From contig CAKTSY010000002.1 of NCBI GenBank assembly GCA_934613415.1, positions 270,001-302,000 of the forward strand: a stretch of DNA of 32,000 bases, in the 5' to 3' direction. This stretch comes from an uncultured Opitutales bacterium (GTDB lineage: Bacteria; Verrucomicrobiota; Verrucomicrobiia; Opitutales; Intestinicryptomonadaceae). Below the pieces are notes generated by a model. That model did no database searches and was not told the origin of the DNA. It saw only the letters and a list, made by a program, of their open reading frames with translations. Numbering within the stretch: position 1 is the stretch's first letter; each line of letters starts with the position of its first letter. Below, in pieces: positions 18,133-26,411 of this stretch. Made by a program: the position numbers and the translations under genes.

Positions 18133-19086
18133 CTAAAAGCCCTTGATTTGGAAAAGCGAAGTTACCGACATATTGTTGTGTATGCGCAATATTGCGTCGG
18201 CAAAAAGGTGGCTTACCGACAACACTGTAATGTTGTGGTCTTTATACTTGGGACTGGGCGGGGTAGAGTCTGTAATAATAAGCTCGTCTAACCAGCCAGC
18301 GTCTAGCTTTTCGTAGGCTTTGTCGGTTAGGCACGCGTGTGTAACGGCCGCCCTTACCGATTTTGCGCCGTGGTCTTTCAATATTTGGGCGGCTGCGGTC
18401 AAAGTGCCCGCAGTTTCCGTCATATCGTCTAAAATAAGAATGTCGCGACCCTTAACTTCGCCAACAAGGTTGGTTGCCTCTACAACTTCGGCGCTTATTC
18501 TGCGCTTGGCTATAAAGCCTACGGGGCGGTCTAGCTGCTTGGCGTAGGCAACCGCGCGTTTTAGTGCGCCTACGTCGGGCGAAAAGATTGTAGTGTTCGA
18601 CAAGTCGCTTTTCGAAAGATATTCTATTATAACCTGCGAGGCGTTTAGATGATCGCAGGGAATGTCGAAAAAGCCCTGAATTTGCTGGGCGTGCAAGTCC
18701 ATTGTAAGAACGCGGTCTACGCCGGCGGCTGTAAGCAAATTCGAAACAAGCTTTGCCGTAATCGGAACGCGGGGACGGTCTTTCCTGTCTTGACGGGCAT
18801 AGCCGAAGAAGGGAATTACAGCCGTAATTCTGCTTGCCGAAGCTCTGCGGGCTGCATCGGCCATAATGAAAAGCTCCATATAGTTTTCGTTGGTGGGAGC
18901 GGGCGTAGGTTGAATAATAAAAACGTCGTCGCCGCGAATTGTGTCCATATACTGGGCAAAAATTTCGCTGTCGGGAAACGCTTCTACCTTGGCTTTGCCC
19001 AAGGGCAAATCCAACCATTTGCAAATAGATTCCGCCAAGGCGGGGTGGGCTCTGCCCGTGAATATCTTAAGGTTATCCAGTTTCAT
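18133..19086 (-). CDS. prs: Ribose-phosphate pyrophosphokinase (PRPP synthetase)
   Basis: Start set at the internal ATG (MKLDNLKIFTGRAHPALAESI), the canonical Prs N-terminus. Motifs present: FFGYARQDRK, DLHAQQIQGFFDIP, and the PRPP-binding loop ILILDDMTETAGT. Confidence 0.9.
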   Translation of the reverse strand: MKLDNLKIFTGRAHPALAESICKWLDLPLGKAKVEAFPDSEIFAQYMDTIRGDDVFIIQPTPAPTNENYMELFIMADAARRASASRITAVIPFFGYARQDRKDRPRVPITAKLVSNLLTAAGVDRVLTMDLHAQQIQGFFDIPCDHLNASQVIIEYLSKSDLSNTTIFSPDVGALKRAVAYAKQLDRPVGFIAKRRISAEVVEATNLVGEVKGRDILILDDMTETAGTLTAAAQILKDHGAKSVRAAVTHACLTDKAYEKLDAGWLDELIITDSTPPSPKYKDHNITVLSVSHLFADAILRIHNNMSVTSLFQIKGF

Positions 19087-19326
19087 ACAAATGAAAATGC
19101 TATTTATAAAGCAACTTAAGGTAGTTTTGCCCCCTTTTAAAGTCAAGATAATTAGAAGCTGTTAAATCGTTAAAATTTGCGGAATTTTTTGAATATATTT
19201 TAGGCTAAAAATATATAATTTTGTGGTTATTATGTAGATGCAAAAAGCATTACACGAATTACATCGCGCGCTTTTATTTAAGCCGCGAATTTGTGCAAAA
19301 AGCTATAAAAAGCACCGTAAAACCGC

Positions 19327-19355
19327 AAAAAAAAGACGGCGCAAAAACTGCGCCG
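19327..19355 (-). terminator. Rho-independent terminator of pfp
   Basis: 7-bp GC-rich stem (plus 19337-19343 pairs with 19349-19355) and a 5-nt loop. On the minus strand it is followed by TCTTTTTTTT (plus A-run 19327-19334). Confidence 0.6.
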
Positions 19356-19386
19356 CCTCATTTAAAGTTTTAGGATAAAGCCCAAA

Positions 19387-20586
19387 TTATATTTGGCCAA
19401 TTTCCTTCAACATTTGCTGGAACCATTCGAACTTTGTATTGAAGGGCTTGCCGCCCTTGATTCTTTCGAATTCGATGGCTCTTAAAACGTTGTTTTGGTC
19501 TTCGTCGTGGCCGATTACGCCCGAGTCTTTGCGCATTGCGCATTCAACAGCCAAGTCTACACAGCTTTTGATGAGGTCTAAGTCTTCGGCGTTCGAAGCT
19601 GCAGCTCTTGCAAAATAGCCGCTCTTTTGAACCAAAACTTTTTCCGCACCAATCATCTTTGCAAACTGGTTGCCGAACCATTTGCCGGGGTTGATTGCGT
19701 CGAGCTTAACGTGGCCGAAAGCGTCTACGGGAACTTCTTCGCCCTTTGCCTTCATTTCTTCTACAATGGTTTTTACGCCCGCGCCTTCGGAGATGAAGAT
19801 GTTTACGCAGTCGTTCTTGTCCATAAGCTTTTTAAGGCGTGCGGCTTCCTTTTCGATGTCCAATTCCATTTCGGGAATGTAGATGCCGTGAACGTCTCTT
19901 GTAGCTCTTTCCAAAATGCCGTCTACCCAAGTGAAAGAGTCGAGCATTTTTCTGTATTTATAAGCGGTAGCAGCGGTAAGGTAGCCGCAGTTTCTGCCCA
20001 TAACTTCGTGTATAATCAACATTCTGGGGTTGGCGGAATATTCGCTTACAACGTTGTTGAAGTATTTTGCGCCTTCTTCTGCCGCAGTCCATGCGCCCAA
20101 GCTTTGGCGAATGGGGTATACGTCGTTGTCGATTGTTTTGGGCAAGCCTATAACCGTAAGGTTGTAGTTGTTGTCTTTAAGGAATTTTGCAAGGTCTGCC
20201 GCCGCTGTGTTGGTGTCGTCGCCGCCGATTGTGTGCAGAACGTCTACGCCGTCTTTAACGAGCTGTTCGGCTGCAACCTTTTGAGGGTCTTCGCCTTCCT
20301 TTACAAGGCCTCTTTTTACGCAGTCTTTTACGTTTGTAAGCTTTACGCGCGAGTTGCCAATGGGCGAGCCTCCGAATTTAAGAAGCTCTTTTGCGTTCTT
20401 GCGCATATTGGCGTCTACCTTAATGCTGTCGCCCAAAAGCAGGCCTTTATAGCCGCTTTTATAGCATATAATTTCTATGCTGGGGTCTATTTCCGTGTAG
20501 CGGGCAATAAGGCCGCCTACGGCAGTTGAAAGGCAGGGGGCCAAGCCGCCCGCAGTTAATAATGCAACTTTTTTTGGTTTGCTCAT
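19387..20586 (-). CDS. pfp: Pyrophosphate-dependent 6-phosphofructokinase (PPi-PFK)
   Basis: PFK fold motifs TAGGLAPCLS, IGGDDTNTAA and GLPKTIDNDV. Asp in GGDD and Lys in PKTIDND are the established discriminators of PPi-dependent enzymes, against GGDG and PGTIDND in ATP-dependent ones. Confidence 0.88.
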   Translation of the reverse strand: MSKPKKVALLTAGGLAPCLSTAVGGLIARYTEIDPSIEIICYKSGYKGLLLGDSIKVDANMRKNAKELLKFGGSPIGNSRVKLTNVKDCVKRGLVKEGEDPQKVAAEQLVKDGVDVLHTIGGDDTNTAAADLAKFLKDNNYNLTVIGLPKTIDNDVYPIRQSLGAWTAAEEGAKYFNNVVSEYSANPRMLIIHEVMGRNCGYLTAATAYKYRKMLDSFTWVDGILERATRDVHGIYIPEMELDIEKEAARLKKLMDKNDCVNIFISEGAGVKTIVEEMKAKGEEVPVDAFGHVKLDAINPGKWFGNQFAKMIGAEKVLVQKSGYFARAAASNAEDLDLIKSCVDLAVECAMRKDSGVIGHDEDQNNVLRAIEFERIKGGKPFNTKFEWFQQMLKEIGQI

Positions 20587-20616
20587 GGTGTGTTTGTGTT
20601 AAAAATTAAGCCCCTA

Positions 20617-20644
20617 AATCTACAAAAATTGGCAGCTTGTGCAA
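20617..20644 (-). promoter_or_regulatory. Candidate promoter of pfp
   Basis: On the minus strand: TTGCAC (20644-20639), a 16-nt spacer, then TAGATT (20622-20617), 30 nt upstream of the ATG. It uses the same TAGATT -10 as the candidate at 2799-2804. Confidence 0.3.
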
Positions 20645-20692
20645 GAGTTTTTTAAAGGGCGGCTTTTTTATGTCGGCAAAATTTTTGCGCGC

Positions 20693-20722
20693 AAAAAACA
20701 AAAAACCCCGCAAAGTGTGGGG
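20693..20722 (-). terminator. Weak candidate terminator ending the minus-strand ubiA/ubiX/ubiD/Asp23-like unit
   Basis: On the minus strand: CCCCAC, acttt, GCGGGG (one mismatch), followed by TTTTTTGTTTTTT. It lies about 22 nt after the stop at 20744. The stem is short. Confidence 0.3.
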
Positions 20723-20743
20723 CGTTTGCAAAAAAGTTTTAGG

Positions 20744-21307
20744 TTACAGCTCTTCTTGGGCGGCAATTTCGTTTTTTGTAAGGTCTGGCTTTTCGGCGGG
20801 TTCGCTTTGTTTTGATTTTTCGTAGGCGGTTAGCGGCTTTTTTGCCAAGCCCCTAAAGCCCGTAATTTTCACGTTTATTCTGCCGAGTTTTTCAACGCCA
20901 AGCTGCTCGATAAACTCTCTTGAAAGCTCTTCTTGCAGGCGCGACGAAAGCGCCGAAAGACGCTGCTCGCTTTCTATCTTAAGCGATACAAACACGTTTA
21001 AGCGGCGCCTTTTAAGCGAAATTTTAACCTTGGGCTTGTTAAGCGCGCCCAAGTTATAGCAAACGCTTTGCACCAGCTTTTCCAACGCCGAACGCGAAAC
21101 TTCTACAATGCCCGAATTGTTTGTGAAAAGCCTTACGGGCTTAAAATAGTTCCTTATCTTTACAATCACTGCCACGGCAAACAGCACAGCCAGCAGGGCA
21201 AGCCCGCAAACTATGTTGTCGGTATCCGAAAAAAACTCTCCGGTTAAATTCCATGCCTTGTCTAGCGCGGTTGCTATCGACTGGGATATCTCTTTAAAAT
21301 CACTCAT
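20744..21307 (-). CDS. Single-pass membrane protein with an Asp23/Gls24-like domain (AmaP-like)
   Basis: Start set at ATG 21307 (MSDFKEIS). One TM helix (IVCGLALLAVLFAVAVIV). Then GIVEVSRSALEKLVQSVCYNLGALNKPKVKISLKRRRLNVFVSLKIES...VEKLGRINVKITGF follows the Asp23-family pattern. Charged C-terminal tail. Family call from the motif pattern only. Confidence 0.5.
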   Translation of the reverse strand: MSDFKEISQSIATALDKAWNLTGEFFSDTDNIVCGLALLAVLFAVAVIVKIRNYFKPVRLFTNNSGIVEVSRSALEKLVQSVCYNLGALNKPKVKISLKRRRLNVFVSLKIESEQRLSALSSRLQEELSREFIEQLGVEKLGRINVKITGFRGLAKKPLTAYEKSKQSEPAEKPDLTKNEIAAQEEL

Positions 21308-21349
21308 TCTTTTCGGCAAATTATTGCGGTAGGCTTAATTTTTACAATA

Positions 21350-23098
21350 TTAAAATTTTAGGTCGTCGGGCCACTCCCTTAAAAATCCGTCGGCGCGGTT
21401 TTTCTTGCAGGCGTCTATGTAAAGGGTGCCGTTTTCTATAAGAATATCGCGCACGGGGTCTGTATTGTTAAATATTTTCCACAAAAGTTTTTTCGGGTTT
21501 TCTATATCTACCGAAGTGTCGAACATGGCAACGCATTTTATGTTGTCGAACATTTTGCTTTGCATAAGCTCGTTTAAAAGGTCGCGGCCTTTAAGTTCCA
21601 GCTTTTCTACCGAAAGCGCGCAAAACGATTTTGCCGATTTTGCCGCTTTTACAAAGCCGAATTTTTGTACAATTAGCTCGTCGTTTAACTTGTCTAAAAG
21701 GGGCTTTGTTTTGCGAGGGGGTTCTCCCTTAACTTTTGTCGTAAGGTCGAAGCCTATTTTGTTGCCCATAAGCGGGCTTTGCGCCGAGTGGTCTAGGGCG
21801 TCTAGCACGCCAAAGCCGCGCAAAATGTCGCAGTTTGGATCGAAGGAATTTAGGAATTTTTCCCACAGGGCGTTGTAGTTTGTAATGTCGGTGTTTTCGT
21901 CTACAACGGCAATGCTTTTGCAAAAGCTCATTTGCCCTTGTCCCCAAAGCGCGCTTATAAGTCTTTGCGCGTGAGCGGGATACTCTTTTTTTATCGATAC
22001 AACCGCTATGTTGTGGAAAACGCCCTCCCACGGCAAAAACATATCGCAAATTTCGGGGAAAACCGCCTGCAGCATTGGCAGAAAAATCCTTTCGGTAGCC
22101 TTTGCCATATAGCAGTCTTCCATGGGCGGCGGGCCGACCAAAGTGGCGCAGTATATCGGCTTTTTGCGGTGGGTTATTGCCGTAAGGTGGAATACCGGAT
22201 ATTGGTCGGCAAGCGAGTAGTAGCCAGTGTGGTCGCCGAAGGGGCCTTCAAGCCTTGTTTCGAAAGGCTCAACGTAGCCTTCAAGCACAAATTCGGCCTG
22301 GGCGGGAACTTCTAAATCTACCGAAACGCATTTTACGGTTTTTACCCCCTTGCCCCTAAAAAAGCCGGCAAGCAAAAGTTCGTCTATGCCTCTTGGTAGG
22401 GGAGCGGTTGCAGCGTATATTGTTGCGGGGTCTGCCCCGATTGCAACTGCAACGGGCATACGCATATTTTTTTCGCGGTAAAGGTTGTAAAAATGCGAAG
22501 CGTCTTTATGTATATGCCAGTGCATACCCGTAGTTTTGCCGTCGAAAACCTGAAGCCTATACATACCCAAATTGCGCTCGTTTGTGTCGGGGTTTTTTGT
22601 GAACACAAGCGGCAAGGTTATAAAACGCCCTCCGTCTTTGGGCCAGCATTTTAAAACGGGGATTTCGTTTAGGTTTATCTGTTCTCCCGTTTTTACAACT
22701 TCCTGACAGGGAGCTTTGCCCGAAATCTTTTTCGGAGCAATTTTAAGCAAAGGCAAAAACTTTTTTGCGGTTTCGAAAAACTGCTTAAAAGACTGCGGCG
22801 GCGTAGTTTTTGTGTAGCGGGCAATCTTTTCGGTCATTTCGGCAAAGTTTTTTATCCCAAGCGCCATACTCATTCTCTTTTCGCTGCCGAAAAGATTTAC
22901 AACTACAGGGAACTTGCTTTCCTTTACCTTTTCGAAAAGAAGAGCCTTGCCGCCGTTGGGCTTTTTAGATTCCTCGTCGGCAAATTTCGAGATTTCAAGC
23001 TCGCAGGAAACTGGCTCTTTTATTCTTACAAGCTCGCCTTGGCTTTCCAAAAGCGAGATGAATTCGCTAAGGTTGTCGCAAATCATTTTCCCTGCCAT
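21350..23098 (-). CDS. ubiD: UbiD-family (prFMN-dependent) decarboxylase, long menaquinone-associated type
   Basis: 582 aa. The UbiD core is recognisable: KALLFEKVK, GGRFITLPLVFTKNPDTNERNLGMYRLQV, MHWHIHKD, GPFGDHTGYY. There is a C-terminal extension of roughly 100 aa. It overlaps ubiX by 16 nt. Confidence 0.88.
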   Translation of the reverse strand: MAGKMICDNLSEFISLLESQGELVRIKEPVSCELEISKFADEESKKPNGGKALLFEKVKESKFPVVVNLFGSEKRMSMALGIKNFAEMTEKIARYTKTTPPQSFKQFFETAKKFLPLLKIAPKKISGKAPCQEVVKTGEQINLNEIPVLKCWPKDGGRFITLPLVFTKNPDTNERNLGMYRLQVFDGKTTGMHWHIHKDASHFYNLYREKNMRMPVAVAIGADPATIYAATAPLPRGIDELLLAGFFRGKGVKTVKCVSVDLEVPAQAEFVLEGYVEPFETRLEGPFGDHTGYYSLADQYPVFHLTAITHRKKPIYCATLVGPPPMEDCYMAKATERIFLPMLQAVFPEICDMFLPWEGVFHNIAVVSIKKEYPAHAQRLISALWGQGQMSFCKSIAVVDENTDITNYNALWEKFLNSFDPNCDILRGFGVLDALDHSAQSPLMGNKIGFDLTTKVKGEPPRKTKPLLDKLNDELIVQKFGFVKAAKSAKSFCALSVEKLELKGRDLLNELMQSKMFDNIKCVAMFDTSVDIENPKKLLWKIFNNTDPVRDILIENGTLYIDACKKNRADGFLREWPDDLKF

Positions 23099-23664
23099 TC
23101 TTTTACTAGGTTTTGGGGTATGTCTATGGCTGCCAACGTTTTGCCGACTACAAAGTTTATTAAATCCTCAAAAGTTTGCTCGCTAGAGTAAAACGCAGGG
23201 CACGCCGGCATAATTACAGCTCCCGCTTCAGCCAATGTTGTGCAACTTTTAAGCAGCGGCAAAGAAAGCGGGGTTTCCCTTAAAAGCAGCACAAGCTTGC
23301 GCTTTTCCTTTAGGGCAACAGCCGCTGCCCTGCAAAGCAGATTGTCGGCAACGCCGTAGGCTAGCTTGCCTATAGTGTTTGCCGAGCATGGGGCTACCAC
23401 CATTGCGTCGAAGCCGAACGAACCGCTTGCAATAGGCGCAAGAAAGTCGTCGTCTTTAAATTCGCGCAGGTTTTCTATATTAGGGCAGTTTCCCAAAGCG
23501 TCTTTAAAGCTCGAAAAATTAAGCTCGCTTTTAAGTATCTGTTGGGCGGGTTTTGTAAGTGTAATGTAAAGTTCTGCGTTTGCCGCCAAAATGTGGCGCG
23601 CAAGTTCCACCGCATATACGGAACCGCTTGCGCCGCTTACTGCCAATACTATTTTCTTTGTCAT
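23083..23664 (-). CDS. ubiX: UbiX-family flavin prenyltransferase
   Basis: MTKKIVLAVSGASGSVYAVELARHIL N-terminus, MVVAPCSANTIGKLAYGVADNLLCRAA, and LLLRETPLS motifs. Length of 193 aa is typical. Confidence 0.9.
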   Translation of the reverse strand: MTKKIVLAVSGASGSVYAVELARHILAANAELYITLTKPAQQILKSELNFSSFKDALGNCPNIENLREFKDDDFLAPIASGSFGFDAMVVAPCSANTIGKLAYGVADNLLCRAAAVALKEKRKLVLLLRETPLSLPLLKSCTTLAEAGAVIMPACPAFYSSEQTFEDLINFVVGKTLAAIDIPQNLVKEWQGK

Positions 23665-23679
23665 TTTTGTTCTGCTAAA

Positions 23680-24537
23680 TTAAAAAAGGCAGGCGCACGC
23701 CATTGCAATAAAAATCAAGACGGAAACCGCCACATTCATATGGAAAAACACTATGTCTATATTCTTAAGCCCCGTTAGCCTTACTATTATATGCTCGGCA
23801 AAATAGGTTAAAATTGCAAGCGATATAACCGCAAAATATGCAACGCTAAATTGTTGCGAAACTCCAAGCCAAACAAGGCAAAAAGAGGCTGCCGTAAAAC
23901 TTGCCGCCGAAATTATTTTTGCTTTATTGTTGCCGAAGGTTGAAGGTATGCTGTGCAGCTTTGCCTTTATGTCGAATTGGGTATCCTGCATTGCATAGAG
24001 TATGTCGAAGCCGCCAATGTGGAACATAAGAGCAAGCGAAAGCGGCGCAAACGCAAACAAAAGCTTGCCGAACAACGCCGCCGAAACTCCCATAGGGCAC
24101 ATACCTATTGCAAAGCCCAAAACAAAGTGGGCAAAAAACGTAAATCTTTTTGTGTACGAATAAAACGCCAATATTGCCAACGCCAAAAACGAAAGCCAAA
24201 AGCAGAATGTGTTTAACGCCAGCGCGCTAAGGCAGAACATAACCGCGCAAACTAGCGTAAAAGACTTGGCTTTGCCAAGCGAAATTGCCCCGCTTGGAAT
24301 ATGACGCATGGCAGTGCGCGGATTTTTTGCGTCGTATTTGCGGTCTACAATGCGGTTGAATGCCATTGCAAAGGCCCTTGCAAACACAAAGGCGGCGAAT
24401 ATAAAAAGCATTTCGCGCCACGAAATTTTTGCCCCGCATTTATATGCCAAACACATTGCCGAAAGCGCAAAGGGCAGCGCAAAAAGCGTATGCCCAAGCT
24501 TAATCATATCCGAAAACTTTGCTATAGACGAAAACAT
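23680..24537 (-). CDS. UbiA-family polyprenyltransferase (MqnP-type, 1,4-dihydroxy-6-naphthoate prenyltransferase candidate)
   Basis: About 8-9 TM helices. First Asp-rich motif context NRIVDRKYDAKNPRT and a second region YAMQDTQFD. Start is ambiguous. I prefer ATG 24537 (MFSSIAKFSDMIKLGHTLFALPF; 285 aa, the usual length). ATG 24567 is possible. The track start at 24750 would overlap the divergent mqnE gene. Confidence 0.8.
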   Translation of the reverse strand: MFSSIAKFSDMIKLGHTLFALPFALSAMCLAYKCGAKISWREMLFIFAAFVFARAFAMAFNRIVDRKYDAKNPRTAMRHIPSGAISLGKAKSFTLVCAVMFCLSALALNTFCFWLSFLALAILAFYSYTKRFTFFAHFVLGFAIGMCPMGVSAALFGKLLFAFAPLSLALMFHIGGFDILYAMQDTQFDIKAKLHSIPSTFGNNKAKIISAASFTAASFCLVWLGVSQQFSVAYFAVISLAILTYFAEHIIVRLTGLKNIDIVFFHMNVAVSVLIFIAMACACLF

Positions 24538-24596
24538 AGCGGCAATGATTTTATTGAATTGCCGCATTTGCAACAATTTTTTGCGCAAGAAGTGTT

Positions 24597-24624
24597 TTGA
24601 CAAATATTGGGCATAGCCTAAATT
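24597..24624 (+). promoter_or_regulatory. Candidate promoter of the plus-strand mqn operon
   Basis: Perfect TTGACA (24597-24602), a 16-nt spacer, then TAAATT (24619-24624). Only 13 nt separate the -10 from ATG 24638, which implies a very short leader. Confidence 0.35.
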
Positions 24625-24637
24625 GGTAGACGAAAAT

Positions 24638-25660
24638 ATGAGCAGATTTTTTGAAAGCCAATCGGATATAGAAAGGGCGTTGTCAAACACGCCTTTGTGC
24701 GAACTGGGCAAAGAGGCCGACATATTCCGCAAAAAGCTGAATTCAAACAAGGCTTTTTATACGGTAAACGGGGCTGTAACCTATTCTAATTCGTGCGAAT
24801 TGCTGTGTCCTATATGCGCTTTCGGCAGGGCAAAGGGCGCAAAAGACGCCTATATTTTGTCGATAGAAGATGCCGTAGAAAGAACAAAAACGTTCAAAAA
24901 CGCTGGCGCGGTTGAAGTGCACATAATAGGCGGCATAAACCACGACATTCCCTTTTCGTATTATCTTGATTTGATTAGGGCGGTAAAGGGCGTAGACGAA
25001 AAGATAAACGTTGTTGCCTTTACGGTTTCAGAATGCGTAATGATGTCGGAAATTACGGGCAAAAGCTTGGAATATGTGTATAAGAGCTTGCGCGACGCCG
25101 GCTTGGGCGCAATACCCGGGGGCGGTGCCGAAATTTTCGACAGCACTGTAAGAAGCAAAATAACCCCAAAAAAACTTAGCGGAGCCGCCTGGCTAAACGC
25201 GCAAAAAACGGCGCACAAATGCGGCATAAAAACCAATGCCACAATGCTTTACGGCCATGTTGAAAACGCGCAAAATGTTGCCGAACACCTAAAACTTTTA
25301 AGAGATTTGCAGGACGAAACAAACGGCTTTAAAGCCTTTGTTCCGCTGCCTTTTCGCAAGGGTGCAAACTGTGTAATACCTTCAAAATCTTCGGCGGTAT
25401 ACGACTGCAAAATATGCTCGTTGGCGCGCTTGGCGTTAGACAATTTCCCCCATATACGCGTTCCCGTTCCGCATTTTACCGAAAGGTTTTGCCAGGTTTT
25501 GCTGAGCTTTGGCGCCGACGACATTGGCGGTACGCATTGGCATGAAGAGGTTGCCTCGTCTGCAGGAGCAAAAGACGAGGTATTAAGCGAAAAAACGCTT
25601 GTAAACTGCATACAAAGCGCGGGCTTTGTTCCCGTAAAGACAAATTCAAACTATGAATAG
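24638..25660 (+). CDS. mqnE: Radical SAM enzyme of the CofH/MqnC/MqnE family, best read as aminofutalosine synthase MqnE
   Basis: Radical SAM triad CELLCPIC (CxxxCxxC). Motifs PGGGAEIF, ATMLYGHVE, LRDLQDETNGFKAFVPLPF and GADDIGGT match my recollection of MqnE (TIGR03700) rather than MqnC. Start taken at ATG 24638. Confidence 0.72.
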   Translation: MSRFFESQSDIERALSNTPLCELGKEADIFRKKLNSNKAFYTVNGAVTYSNSCELLCPICAFGRAKGAKDAYILSIEDAVERTKTFKNAGAVEVHIIGGINHDIPFSYYLDLIRAVKGVDEKINVVAFTVSECVMMSEITGKSLEYVYKSLRDAGLGAIPGGGAEIFDSTVRSKITPKKLSGAAWLNAQKTAHKCGIKTNATMLYGHVENAQNVAEHLKLLRDLQDETNGFKAFVPLPFRKGANCVIPSKSSAVYDCKICSLARLALDNFPHIRVPVPHFTERFCQVLLSFGADDIGGTHWHEEVASSAGAKDEVLSEKTLVNCIQSAGFVPVKTNSNYE

Positions 25661-26411
25661 CCCCTACAAAATGGGGGTAAATGAATATGTAAACAACATT
25701 CCCCTAAAGCTTGCATTCGGCAAAAACTGCGGTTTTGACTTTGCCTACACCGTTATGCCGCCCGCCTTTTTAAGCGGGCTGTGCGCAGAACAAAAGCTGG
25801 ACATTTCAAGCGTATCTTTTTGGGCGTATAAAACTTTTTGCGATAGCTACGAACTGCTGCCAAACTTTTGCATTTCGTGTTCGGGGGCGGTAAAAAGCGT
25901 AAAAATTGCGTCGCAGTTTCAGCTAAAAGACATTTCAAAAGCCCCCATTTATGTAACAAACGAATCGGGCAGCTCGTCTAGGGCGTTTGCGCTGTATTGC
26001 AAAAAGGTTTTGAGCTTTGATTTGTCCGAGCACACTACAAAAGATTTAAATTCGGCAAAAACCCTGTTTTTGATAGGAGACGCCGCCCTAAGACTAAACG
26101 ATACCGATTATCCCTATTGTTACGACTTTGGCGAACTTTTTTACGATGCCTTTAAAATGCCTATGGTGTATGGCGCAATAGCCGTAAAAAAAGAGCTGTA
26201 TGCAAATTTAAAAGAGCCTTTGTGCGCTTTGTTTAACAAGTCGCTTGAAATTTTTGAAAGCGACAAAACGCGCTACATACAAGACGCCGTAAAAATTGTA
26301 AATTCGCCCCAAGCCGACTTTTTGTATATGAAAGAATATTTCGACAAATTCAGATACAAAATTTCCGACGCGGAATTTGAAAAAATAAAAAACTTTGTTT
26401 TCGAAAAATGA
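25653..26411 (+). CDS. mqnA: Chorismate dehydratase MqnA (VitK2_biosynth / PF02621 family)
   Basis: N-terminus MGVNEYVNNIPL resembles the MqnA start (iG.i.ylN..P). ESGSSSRAFALYC resembles the S(S/A)TS..L motif. IGDAALR is present. It sits between mqnE and mqnC. Start may be ATG 25653 (8-nt overlap) or ATG 25671. Confidence 0.72.
   Translation: MNSPYKMGVNEYVNNIPLKLAFGKNCGFDFAYTVMPPAFLSGLCAEQKLDISSVSFWAYKTFCDSYELLPNFCISCSGAVKSVKIASQFQLKDISKAPIYVTNESGSSSRAFALYCKKVLSFDLSEHTTKDLNSAKTLFLIGDAALRLNDTDYPYCYDFGELFYDAFKMPMVYGAIAVKKELYANLKEPLCALFNKSLEIFESDKTRYIQDAVKIVNSPQADFLYMKEYFDKFRYKISDAEFEKIKNFVFEK

Noticed and set aside
19087-19386. 300-bp AT-rich gap between pfp and prs as a possible sRNA, riboswitch or mobile-element remnant
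   Set aside because: Apart from the pfp terminator, I found no convincing stem-loop series, no conserved riboswitch core motifs, no inverted terminal repeats and no ORF with a start context. It is most simply the prs promoter and leader region, though I could not pin down a confident -35/-10 pair.
19627-20529. 300-aa plus-strand ORF antisense to pfp
   Set aside because: It sits entirely inside a CDS with strong PFK motifs on the minus strand. Its translation is V/F/A/C-rich with no motifs. It is a typical shadow ORF caused by stop-codon-poor antisense frames.
24538-24750. ORF-track N-terminal extension of the ubiA-like gene (71 extra residues, start at 24750)
   Set aside because: It would overlap the divergently transcribed mqnE coding region by more than 100 nt and consume the whole promoter region. 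The extension has no TM or UbiA features. The internal ATG at 24537 gives the canonical ~285-aa protein beginning just before the first TM helix (IKLGHTLFALPF).
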